A DNA stretch of 64,000 bases from Blasia pusilla (taxonomy: Eukaryota): NCBI GenBank assembly GCA_050084515.1, contig CM114271.1:2294001-2358000 (forward strand), given 5' to 3'. The notes beneath the pieces are model-generated. The model was given only the letters and a program-made list of their open reading frames with translations, was not told where the DNA came from and searched no databases. The position numbers were made by a program, and so were the translations under genes. Of this stretch, positions 11,025 through 22,600 are shown piece by piece; positions within the stretch are counted from its first letter, which is position 1, and each line of letters begins with the position of its first letter.

Positions 11025-11796
11025 ATTGGAGATATTTTGGTACTTCTTGTCTCGTTGTTTGGATGCCATGAGTTAGCATGGGATCATGCGTGTTTGTGTG
11101 TGTGTTCGGTGACAGCGATGTATGTTGTGTAGCGATGTGTATGCGCACGACAGCTGTCACGTCTTTTAGGATAGATCGGTGAGATCTAATAGAGCACCTT
11201 CATGAGTAGTGGAGGACACGCCCAGTAGGTCGAGGGTGACCTGCTGAGGCCCTTAGAAACCTGAGATAGCAGGTTTCCCCTTCGTTACGGCTCATTTGGA
11301 GCCATATTGAGGAACTTACTATTTTAGGTAAGTACCATTTTGAGTATATGATCGACTTACTATTTTTGGTAAGTGGCCCTTGACCTCCTACATCAGGTGA
11401 AGAGCCAAGGAGGTGACTTGGGAGAATAGGTTACCATGAAGAGAGCTTGGGAGAAGGGAGGGGTATACCTCAAGGAGAGAGAGCTTGAGAGCTCATTCTC
11501 TCTTTGTTGAACCTCTTGGCATGAGGAGGCGGAGCTATGGTACCTTGCCTTGTGAGTGTAACCCAAGCCTCTCATTAGGAGAGTGGGTTTGGTTTGACAT
11601 GAGAGAGAGTGCACACCTTTGAGAGCTATGGTGTGAGATGGAGGAGAGAGAGATTGGATCTTACTTTAATTGGAGATATTTTGGTACTTCTTGTCTCATT
11701 GTTTGGATGCCATGAGTTAGCATGGGATCATGCGTGTTTGTGTGTGTGTTCGGTGACAGCGATGTATGTTGTGTAGCAATGTGTATGCGCACGACA
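11025..11796 (+). repeat. E1 right-end repeat block B1-GC-A2-B2
   Basis: B1 11025-11152 and B2 11669-11796 are both 128 bp with 2 differences seen. Junction CACGACA-GC-TGTCACG at 11146-11161. A2 is 11155-11668. Confidence 0.95.
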
Positions 11797-13944
11797 GCTT
11801 ACATAAAAATGCAACTCCCCTATGGTGTACTCTATGGAAACGTCTACTCTAAAGTGTAAATCTAGAGCAAGGATGATATCTTTGTTGCCTTCCGCTGTAA
11901 GTCTAGTTTACTTTGCACTAAGTCTCTTGCATCTTCCAAGAATTCATTGAAGTACTAATTTGCCTCTACAATATTGTGCTTGTATTGTGCACTCTAAAGT
12001 GTAGATTCTTTGGATTCATCTGCAAGTATCAAAATTTTGCTCTTGAGTACATCCACATCTTATCTTAGATGTGCATTCTGATCTTGCAAATAGTCGATTC
12101 TTCTCAAGAGTCGTTGGTAAACCTACAGTGTGATGTTGGAAGCTGGAGTATGCTCTGAAGTAGATGGTGCAACAGGAGGTGGATGTAGAGGTTGAATTGC
12201 TGAAGTTGTCCTCTCGTTGTATGGCGGGTGATGTGTCGAGAGCCTTATCCGAACCTGGGAGTAGAAAGAAATTGAAGTGAGTCAAATCTGAAATTGAAGT
12301 GAGGTAAAGCAGGAATAATGAAATGGAAGAATGTAGACAAATAATTACATTGATATTGGAAACAAAAAATTATAAATAGAGTACATTGTGTGGGAAGTAA
12401 AATGTCTTGAAGAACATATCTTATTGCATGGAAGAAAATGGAACTATACATATGTTTGGATAGGTAAATGTAAGAAACAGTAGACAAGAAATGATCCATC
12501 AGACTTGAAAGTAGAAAATGTCATTGAGTGATGAAACAGAGGCAAAATTACAAATATAAGTAGGCATTGTATGCTTGAGTAGAAGTGTCCAATTGAGGTA
12601 GTGTTTCCAAAGAACAAGCAATTTATATGTTCAACTACATAAGTTGCTTAAGAAAATTTTGGAAATGTTGAAACTATTGATAGAGAGTGAAGAACACATG
12701 TTGCAAGTATTCTTATGGGCACACATTCAAAATCACAGTAAAGTTGGAAAATTGTTCATTGGTTGTACCACCTAAGAAAGTAAGCAAGGTATGTAGTTAG
12801 TTGGAGCAATGAATAACAAAGCTTGGAAACAAGAAGTGAATGAAATGCATACATTGCAAGATACAAGAAAGTAACTTACCAAAGTGATAAACTATGCGCA
12901 CTTTCTCTTCCCTAGAGAGCTTGCACTTGCGCTAGGTTGGAAAGTGTAGAGGTCAATAATGATATCAGGTAATGTGACCTCACTTTTGACATCTTGAAAG
13001 TCTGGGAGAATGGGAACTATGTGTGGCTCATCAGTCTGCTAGGCATTGAACTCACGGAACTCTCCATTTGAACAAGTTAACTTCATCTTGGAGATGAGAT
13101 GGCTTCCTTTGGTGCTAGTCAAGTCAATCAGCATAGAAATGGGCAAGTGAAATCCATGATGAAGCGTGTGTAATTGATCAAGTTTAATGCCAACGGAGGC
13201 TATATTGAACAGTCTATTCCCCTAAGAGCATGTTAGGGATGTTTCTTTGGCAAGTGTATCAAATGCCATTGGATAATATATGTGATGATAAAGGAAAAAA
13301 AAAGGACAATACATTCCCTTAAATTTTGGCCTATGGATTGCTCAAGTAATCTAAATAATTTTATGAAAAATTAAAGTTCTACTCTTTTTATCTATGACAT
13401 ATGTATTGCATATACAATCCAGTTCTATAAAGTTTTATTGGAACAATGGATGGTCTCCTTCCTTCATTTATTACCTATGCAATACACATAAAATCTAAGT
13501 AGTTCTAAGAAAAAGTAGACCATCTATTCTATTCCTTTGGGATTTACATATTGCATGCGCAATTTATGATCAATCTTACCAATAATTATGTGTCAAGTAG
13601 ATGATCAACTTCAAAGGAAATTATGTATGGCAGATTGAGAATTCCACTTCTCTTTAAAATTATTGTGTCTTTTGTTTAAAAAAGATGTATCATATGATTT
13701 GGTGCAAACATATGGTTTAAATTGTTCATGTAATATTTGAGAAAAATTTACCTTATGAAAAAATAACCACAGACCATCCGAGAGTATATGGAGAAAAAAA
13801 TTGATGACCAAAATTGAATGGGAAATATTTTTTAAGTTATTTTTTACAAAAAAATTAAAAATAGATGATGGTGAAAATGACATATAATACCTTAAAAAAT
13901 TCGATTAGATAGATCGATTGACTAATGGATAGGGCCATGCTAGT

Positions 13945-14075
13945 TGTCATGCACACACATTGCTCTCACCGAATACACACAAAATACCATACTAACTCAT
14001 GTCATCTAAACATCAAGACGATGGAGTATCAAAATATCTTTAATAAATCAAGATCTCTCACAATAGGCACATAAA

Positions 14076-14115
<40 letters not shown>

Positions 14116-14555
14116 AACCAAACCTACTCTCCTAATGAGAGGCTTGGATTACTCACAAGGTAAGGAGGACCATAAATCCACTGCCTCATACCAAAAGGTT
14201 CAACAAAGAGAGAATGAACTCCAAAGCTCTTTCTCCTTGGGTATACTCCCTTCTCTCTCCTAAGCTTTTTCCATGGTAACCTATGTTTGCATGTCACCTC
14301 CTTAGCTCTTGACCTATGGTAGGAGTCAAGAGAAAACTCCTAGAGTGAAAAGTCAAGTATGCTTATATTGACAATTTACTTGAAATAGTAAGTTTCTATA
14401 TATAGCTATAAATGAGCCCAAAAAAATGGAAAATCTGCTCTCTCTCAAGTTACCCGAGACCGTAATAAGTCATCCTCGACCTCCTCAGGCTATCTTCCAA
14501 TATCCTAGAAGGCACTATACGATAAACTCGTCAATCTATCCTAAAAGATGTGACA
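13945..14555 (-). mobile_element. Degenerate solo A+B unit related to E1
   Basis: Reverse-complement similarity to E1 B then A (e.g. actctcctaatgagaggcttgg, ggttcaacaaagagagaatga, ctatcctaaaagatgtgaca). Flanks are TAGT and TAGC (3/4 TSD). Confidence 0.85.
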
Positions 14556-15811
14556 TAGCATACATGCCCTTATACTGTGATTTAAAAAATGTTTTTTCTT
14601 TAGCTATTTTTAATTCATAAAAAATTTAGAAGAGTTTAAGATCAAAAACATTTTTCTTCGAGTTTTTCTTATACAAAATTACGTTAACCCAATTTTTTTC
14701 CTTAGGATGTTTATCCCCATGTTCTCAAACTATGACAAAAATTAAGCTTATCCCATCCTTTCTAAACACCATTCTTGATTTCTCTCAATTATCCTTACTC
14801 TTTCACTTCTTAAAAAAACACTACTTAAATACATACTAAAAATTTATCTTATAGTTGTATATTCACTCTCCCATACAATATATACGACTCACCTATTTAA
14901 GTTTTTAAATGCGTATATGTCGTATATGCACTCTTGAATAAAAAATGTATAGCCCTTCCCCTCATTTTTTAAATCCCCTTGGTTAGGTCCTTTCTCACTT
15001 TTGTCCCCCTCCCTCCAAAAACTTGACATGATTCCCAAAAGAGAACATTATCCCCTTGCAATTTCCATAAATCTACAAATTCTTATTTTTTAATTAAAGA
15101 AAGTAATTTTAAAACACAAATTGTAGCCTCTCTTGAAATGGAAGTTCGTGTGGTTATACTTATTGGTGTTGGGCTCCACCGATTATTACACTTAACCATC
15201 CTAAACTAAACCAAGACCACCCTCATATATGCATAAGAGGCGGGAAAACTCACCAACACGGGTGGATAATGCAACCCGTGGCATGTCAATCTGTGGAGCG
15301 CCTAACAAAGTAGCACATATCAAGGATATGACCATAGTCCCCCACGTGAATATGTGGAAAATTCCACATAATAGAATTTTTCCACAAAATACACGATATA
15401 GGGCAACCCGTCTTATAACAAATCCAAACAATCCCTCTATCTACAAGATGTAAATTTGGTCATCGAATCATCCGTCTTTCTCTAATGAAACTCAACAATT
15501 CTCCATTTATTCGAAGGAAAAATAACAATAACAATACTAACCCTTAAAATTTTTTTCCCTCCATCTTATCTATCCATATTTTATAATCCTTACGACCCAC
15601 GATACTCATTAATTTTTTTCTCATCATTTAGGCTGTCCTCCGTACGTGTTTATTAATTACTTTCTTTCCCCACCCCTCTTAAAGATCACACTTCTCATGG
15701 TCCATACGACACTCCAAATTTTGTTTCTCTCCATCTAGGCTATCCATGTGTTTTCACACATGTGTTCATTACGACCCTTACATAAACTTGTCATCTTTTC
15801 CTCGTCATCTT

Positions 15812-16426
15812 TGTCACATCTGAGTAGTCGATAGGCCGAGATCTATCGTGGATAGGGCGTAGGAGCCAGCGGACTATCTTGAGTGCAACTTTGTCTCACG
15901 GTGTCGGATGAGGTTGAGGATAGGTCCATTGTGTCAGGAATGTCGTTCCGCTAACTTTCATGTTGAGGTCTTTCACAATCGGATGACTTGTTGACCAGGT
16001 CACCCTCCCATGGTAACTTGTGCGCGCAGGTTACCAAGGGGAGGGTTATTTTTAGGGGAAGAGCCTTTTGGCTCTTCCCAACCCTATATAAGAGAGGAAG
16101 GTGGCTTTCCTAAGCCATCTTTCTCATGTTGGGCTGTTGGAGCACCTCTCTTGTATGTGTGTGAGATAGGACTTAGGTGCTAGCGTCCGGATTCTTTGAT
16201 AGATAGTGGACGAGGGCGCGCGCTCCTATGCGCGCCTCCCACCGTCCGCATGTCGCCGCCCGCCGCCTGCCCATCCACGACCGTCGCCGTTATGTGATCT
16301 CCATGTATATGTATGAGTTGATTTTTGTACATGTGTGGATCAACGTGTGTGTGAGGAAGATCGGTGTTGTGTGGTGTAGATGTGACCAGCAATGTATGTG
16401 GTGTAGCGATATGTATGCGCACGACA
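15812..16426 (+). mobile_element. Solo A+B unit of a third related family
   Basis: Starts TGTCACATC and ends GTGTAGCGATATGTATGCGCACGACA, nearly identical to the E1 B end. Perfect 4-bp TSD TCTT (15808-15811, 16427-16430). TATATAA at 16085-16091. Confidence 0.88.
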
Positions 16427-19400
16427 TCTTCACTATCCATGTGTCCATTAATTATTTTCTCGCCCCACCCCTCTCAAAGGGCCGCATTGGTTAACTAGTG
16501 CAGCGACCCCAGAAATAGGATGTAGTTTTATTAAATAAATAAAAAAATGAAAATGTATGTGTACATATAGATAGTAAAGAGACCCACAATATAATTTTTT
16601 TAAAAAAGTGTACTATAAAGGCATTGACACCTAATTTTGTGTAGAGTAGTCTTCAATACAAATGGAGAGACACAAGGAAAAATAGAAAAGAAACGAGACC
16701 AATTTTGTGGTTGTGCATAGTAGTCTTCAATCCAAATAGGGAGACACTATGTAGGCCTTCAATACAAACCATCGGGAAGACACTACGTAGGCATGGGAGA
16801 GTATAGCAATCTTTAAAATTATAGATGAGAGAAGAATAGTATATTCAACTATAGCTACCTTCAAAATTATGGAGGAGAGAAGAATAGCATATTCAACTCT
16901 TATTAGTATGTTCACCGATTAGTATAGTATATTCAACTCTTATACCATGCTGATAGATGAACACACTATACTAATCCAACGGGAATGTAATGCTTATTAT
17001 TAGGTTAACATAATTACATTAATGCCATTTGGGATGAGCATTTACATGAAGTCTTACATACGGATGCATACCAAGGATGCTAAAATACAAAGTAATTAAT
17101 ACAAACCTTTATAATAATAGGCACCAAACCATAAAAGGGATGGTGTAATGAAGACTAAGACTCGAACGTGTGGTAGACCACAAAGAGACATCAATACGAA
17201 TCCATGTGGCATTGGCAAGTGACCCCATAAACCTAATCCTAGAGATATATCCCGAATTTTATTGTTCCAAATCACTTTAGGGATTCGCCGGAGCACTACG
17301 GATAAAATATGTAGTTATGCACAACCACAACTTAAGGCCATTAAATCCGGCCGTAATTACTTTTTCTCCCACCCCTCTCCAAGGACGGTACATAACACGG
17401 TGCTCTTTTTCCCTAGCCATCTAGACTATCCACATGTGTCGTATGCACACACATGCGTTAATTATTCTCTTCTCCACTATTAGGGCGTGTCCCGTGACAC
17501 GCGCTAATATAGCCCGCCATAAAAGTGTTTACAACATATTCCCGTTCCTTTGCAGCCGAAGTGAGGAGTCGCATGAAGCTTACGCGCTGCGCTGTGTCAC
17601 TGACAGATCTGGTGCAAAGAGCGAGGCCTGACAGGGCGTTCCGTAAGAAGGTTCTCGTAACGAGAGATGCGGTGCTGCGCGGGCTCGAGCGGGAGGTTTG
17701 TGGGAGGAGCTTCGCGAGCGGAGGGGCGGATCCTCCTGCCGCACACAAGGTTTGCATCTGTGCTTTGCCCTGCATGGAATGGAGTGGAGTGGAGGGCTGT
17801 GGAATGCGCATTCGTGTTTCTTTTTCGTTTCTTGGCGATGAGAGTTTCCCGTTCTGCTGTGGAGGAGAGATTGAGGAGAGTTTTGACTTCTTTTGTGAGG
17901 TTTGTGAGGGCGCGCGGCTTTCGCGCGCGCTTGTGGAGAATTGAGGAGTGGTTGGGGTTGGTTTGTGAGGGTGGGAGTGTGATCGCTCGCGGAGAATTGA
18001 GAAGCGTCGGGATTGTTTCGCGAGGATGGTGTTCTACAGGGAAGAATTTGAGTGGAATGTGATGAGGTTGAATTCTGGGTTTGAATTGCGTGAAGTGTGA
18101 GTGGATCAGGTCTGCTGTTGTGGTGTTCGAGGTTTATCAAAAGCAGTGAGAGTTGAGAAATGAATGAGGTTGATGGATCTGATTTTTCCGCATGAATGTG
18201 GTGAGTAAGTGTATCTCGGATGAAAGTTCGTGCCTTTCAATTTGATTTTCCTGCTCGTGTGGGACGGGGCTGAGCTGGATCGACTGCCACCGCTCGCGGT
18301 TATCATGATTGATCCGACTCAAGCGTAACAGGGACGGGCTGAAGAATTGACGAGTGTTGGTGCGAAGTTGAGAATGAATCTATGAATAAAAATTCTGACA
18401 GAAGCAATCGAAGGGATCGGAGGCGTCGTAGTATGAAATTCACGAAATCTGGTGTCAAAATATGGAACCAGCTTTTCGTGTGAACATGCGATTTGTCAGC
18501 TGAGCACCGAAGCACTTGTGTAAAAGCATAGAAGATACTCGTGTCCGATTTCTGTTGCGACATTTTTCCGTTCGAGCTGAATTCCAATTCAAGAAGGGTA
18601 ATTTGGATCCAAATCAATTTATGGGACTAAAGTCGGTGAAGCTAAAGGTTGGCGCATGCATACGGTCGTTCCGGATTTTTGTGACACCAAGTAGACCTGC
18701 GTATCGCTGTCCCTCGTCACGACACAGGAAGTAAATCCGCAAAGTTTAATTGGATACCATTGCATCCGTTTGAAACAGCTGAGGGAATATCGTTGGTTAG
18801 TTTCTTTCCTCGAAGCCGTACCTGGTCAGGGGTGTACACTCGTCCGGGTGCTAAGCAGGTTGAGCTCGCAGACCTTCACTGTAGGGTTTACTGATCTGTT
18901 GTGCATGCGGGAAGAATCCGGCAATTCTCTTACTTTTCATACCTCGGAAACACTGTCTCCATTCCTGAAATTTAGAGGGCCAATGGTTTTACTCTTTCGT
19001 CTTCAGGAACGTTATGTGTGAAGTTTAGTGCTCGATTACTTGTAGCAGCCAATGTGTGAGCGAAGGAATTCCTAATTTCGGAGTAGGTTTGCAGCCTGCC
19101 GGTAAGTTTACAAATCTGCTAAAAAATTCGGTTAATTTGACTGACCTGTGCGGACCTTGCAGATTGATTGTGAAGTTATCCTCATGACTGGAAGATCAAT
19201 AGATAAACGAAGCCTTGGCCGAGCCATGGAGCCCTCCTGCCACCTGAGGTAAGGATTTATTTGATTATCTCCTGAAAAAAAGTCTCAGTTAAGCCTTGCT
19301 CGTAGTATAGCCTACTTTTGCTCGTAGTTGTAGTTGCACAGTATCGATTAACTGTCTTGATTAGTACTGGATGAATGCATTGGGATTGATTGTGAGGGCA

Positions 19401-19642
19401 TGGATTAGGGATCTTCCTGACTTCTCTCTCCAAACCTCCCTCCCCACCTGTTCTTTCCTCCCCATATCCTGCTTCTTGAGTCTGGAGACTCCTAGTTTTG
19501 TTTAGTGGATGGCATTCTGTTTCTTGAATCTTTCCAAAGCTTCCATGCAATATGGCAGTGAATAAAAATACCGTGCTCTATGTTTGGTCACAGACTTGAA
19601 GGTTGAAACGCATAAGTTCATCTCTCATCTATAGCTTCCGCA

Positions 19643-22600
19643 ATGTTGTGCCACAATATTCAGCTATGGAGGGCTATCCTAATCGGTAAAATTTCTGTAA
19701 TTGTGTTAGTATTTGTATTTATGCAGTAATTTGATCTGGAAATAGCAAGTAGCTTCTGTTACTTCCTTTCAGTGCAAGGATATCTGATTTGAAATACTTG
19801 TGTGGATGCAGTCCTGGCCCTAGTTTTGGTTTCTGTGGTCACTGCTGCGATAGCACCAATTTCAAACTGTTATGCACTTGATACAGACGACCATCTTTAT
19901 GATCTTGTATCCTACTCATGATGCTGCTCCAAATTCTAGCATTGCAGAGTTTGGTAGAAATCGCAAACTTTTCTAGAAATATTTGCATGAACTTTTTTAC
20001 TGTTAGGTTGATAATGTTTGCACCAAGATATTGATGTTGCTAGACAATTCTTATGTGGTAGATTACAATATGATTGCCAGACTTGTGGTAACTATGATAA
20101 GGCGTCTTCACATTTTGTTCTGGTCCTTGACGATGCACTTGCAGACGAGTTTCTGTGGCAAGGAGTTTGAGTTTGTGGCGGTACATCAGACTCATACTAT
20201 TCTGGCCTTCAATTTCAATTTCTCTTGATCTTGTGATTCCTCAAAAGTGAATTAATCGACCAAGTCAATTGTGGGGTGGCATTGTTCATTTGTGCTTTTT
20301 CCATTCCACTTTTCCTTTCTCATTTAATAGCATGCCTTATTTTCTCCTTCACTGGATGATTTGCTTACATCAAAAAGAAATCCAAGTGGCAGCTGTTTAG
20401 ATTTTGCAATTTTGCACTTTTACCCATGCAGGAGTCGTCGACGTATGTGCTTCGCTTCTGTAAGGATTTTCAGGAGAGAAGTCAATCGGTAAGATGGTTG
20501 AAGTGTCCTATTGTGGTTGTGGATGAGCTTACATGAGATACTTAGGGGTAATATGCCTGGAACTTGTGAAGAGTCGGCGAAAGTGACGTTTGCAGGAAGC
20601 CCAGAAAGGAAAGGATAATCTTGGGGCTTTTAAGAATGAACATCAAGATACGGCTTTCACTTTGTGTCTGGAACTGTAGTCTTTATCAAGAGTTGCTGTG
20701 TCTTGATTGTTGTTAGAAGATCTACGCACTTGCTTTATGCAGTAACTGGACCAACTCATAAGCTACATATGAAATATGAGAAATCAGAAGGCTGGATTGT
20801 GCTTCCTTTATCATGGAAGGAATCCATCTATCATCTATCAACTATCTGGATGGTGGCACTTGTCCATGGCTACAGGGTTATATAAGCTTTGGATCTTTTG
20901 AAGAAGGTTATCCTCTGAGTCCTACACCTCCAGGTTCTAACTTTGTACAGGTACAATAATGCTAATGATTTGTGTTCCCTCTTGGTACTGTGGTCCTCCA
21001 GGCAATCAACCTAGACTCAACTTCTTTTATCCCAGTGTCTTTCAGTCCAGTAGTCCTCTCATCACGCAGGGTTGTTCAAATAGTAGGTCCCTGTGCTCCA
21101 GAGATGTGCTCCTGAGATGTGGGATGGGTGTCAATCTTGCAGCCTCTCTCTTGACATGATTGATGTCATCTGAGCCTGATTGGTAGGATGTAACAATTGT
21201 AGGTATCCCGAATCATGTAGCTGACGATCTGCCACACAACGTTCTTAGTGGGCATGGAGGATATGTTAATATGGTCATGCACTAGGTACAGAGTCAGAAA
21301 GACTCTGTACCGTAATTGCAACTTCAAGTCACATTCATCGTAATGAAATGACCAGGAAAGCATCGTTGTTGGGAGGAGTGACTTAGTGTTGGCAAGTGCA
21401 GGAGTACAGACATGGTGATTTGAAAGCATGCGAGAACTATGGAAGTGAATTTGATGGTCGCAGTACACAGGTCTCCCTCTACTGTTTCTTCTACTCTCCA
21501 GGCCACTTTCTACTGGTTTCTTGCATTCCCAGTACTACTCTGCCTATGAGGGGATGCTCTGGACAAAGAGCATTCAATGTTTTTAATATTCCGAAGTGTT
21601 TTGTCTGGCAGGTCTCAGTCATCTGTGGAAAGTGTCCCAAACAGAATTCATGCAAAGGTAAGTGATAAGCTATCTCCCTTTTCTCCTATGAGGTGTACTC
21701 CTGTCTGTTTGGAAATGGGGTTGTAGACACATGATATCTTTCCTCCCTATAAAAGTTTGGTCGAGTGGAGAAATGAAACAACTCAGTATTTTTGTACATT
21801 GTAATCTCACCAGATCAGGTGTCCAGGTTGCAGGTCTTCTAAGTAGGGATGTAGGTACTTCATAATGTCAAATTATATGATCATTTAGGGTGCTTCATGT
21901 AGTTGTGCATTGGCATTGTTATCTAATCAGCTAGTGTAATTGTTCTGGTGTTGTGTAGATCCGGCAGGCTGCATTTGTAGTGTGTCACTTGACACCTCAA
22001 GCAATTCATGTGTGTAAGTTTTCTACTGATTTTCTTGCTAATCCATATCCATTTTGGTAGCTGTCTGCTTCATTGTCCATTCTGTGTAAGCTCTGTTTTA
22101 GTAGTCTCCAACTGTCTTGTCAATCTACCCTTAAATTGGAAGTGCCTGAACACGTTGCATTTTTTCTTTAATCATTTTCTTCGATTTTTATTTCCCTCTG
22201 CTTCTTTGTGATTTGAACAAGTTGACGAATTGTTGCAAGCAATATACTGGTAGAATCTAGATTACCATATAGACTGTGAACTTAGTGGCCAACATCGACG
22301 CTTTTACATCTTCGAAGATTTCTCAAAAGCTTTAGATATCTGTGAACTTTGCAGAGCCTCTGTGGTCCTGGCTATCTCTTGTCCGGAACGAGGTCCACGG
22401 GTTTTGAAGGGTTTTACCATTGGCTTCAGTCCTCGAGGCAAAGAAGTGGTACGTAGTTAAAAATCTGCTGCAATCTACAATTTTCATCATCTCTCATGTG
22501 AAACCTTCTGGCCCCTCCCATGGCTAGTGCTTTTTTGGTGCTAAAATGTTGGGCTTAAATGCTTAAGATTATCACTTGAACCAGTAATCATGTACAACTT

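Larger units (their letters stand above)
3330..11796 (+). mobile_element. Element E1: Ty3/Gypsy-type retroelement with split direct repeats, DNMT3-like methyltransferase and PHD finger (decayed, internal deletion)
   Basis: Termini TGTCACG...CACGACA. 4-bp TSD GCTT at 3326-3329 and 11797-11800. Repeats A1 3330-3843, B1 11025-11152, A2 11155-11668, B2 11669-11796. Gag, MTase, RT (YIDD), RNaseH, integrase and PHD fragments in Gypsy order. Confidence 0.95.

Noticed and set aside
10970-11030. HDV-like or hammerhead ribozyme at the conserved motif before B1
   Set aside because: The required nested helices or catalytic core could not be built by eye; it needs a covariance-model search.
3330-11796. 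DIRS/Ngaro tyrosine-recombinase element
   Set aside because: No YR motif was found; an HHCC-DDE integrase, Gypsy RT/RNaseH, TG...CA ends and a TSD are present.
11025-11796. Ordinary LTR element with a nested or tandem solo LTR explaining B1-A2-B2
   Set aside because: The left end lacks B, the GC spacer is not a TSD, the TSD flanks the whole unit, and E2 shows the same layout.
11800-13300. Possible decayed TE coding sequence, perhaps continuous with 2500-3329
   Set aside because: No identifiable protein motif in the frames examined.
17458-18140. Overlapping 117-186 aa ORFs
   Set aside because: GC-rich promoter/5' UTR of the downstream gene with no domain similarity.
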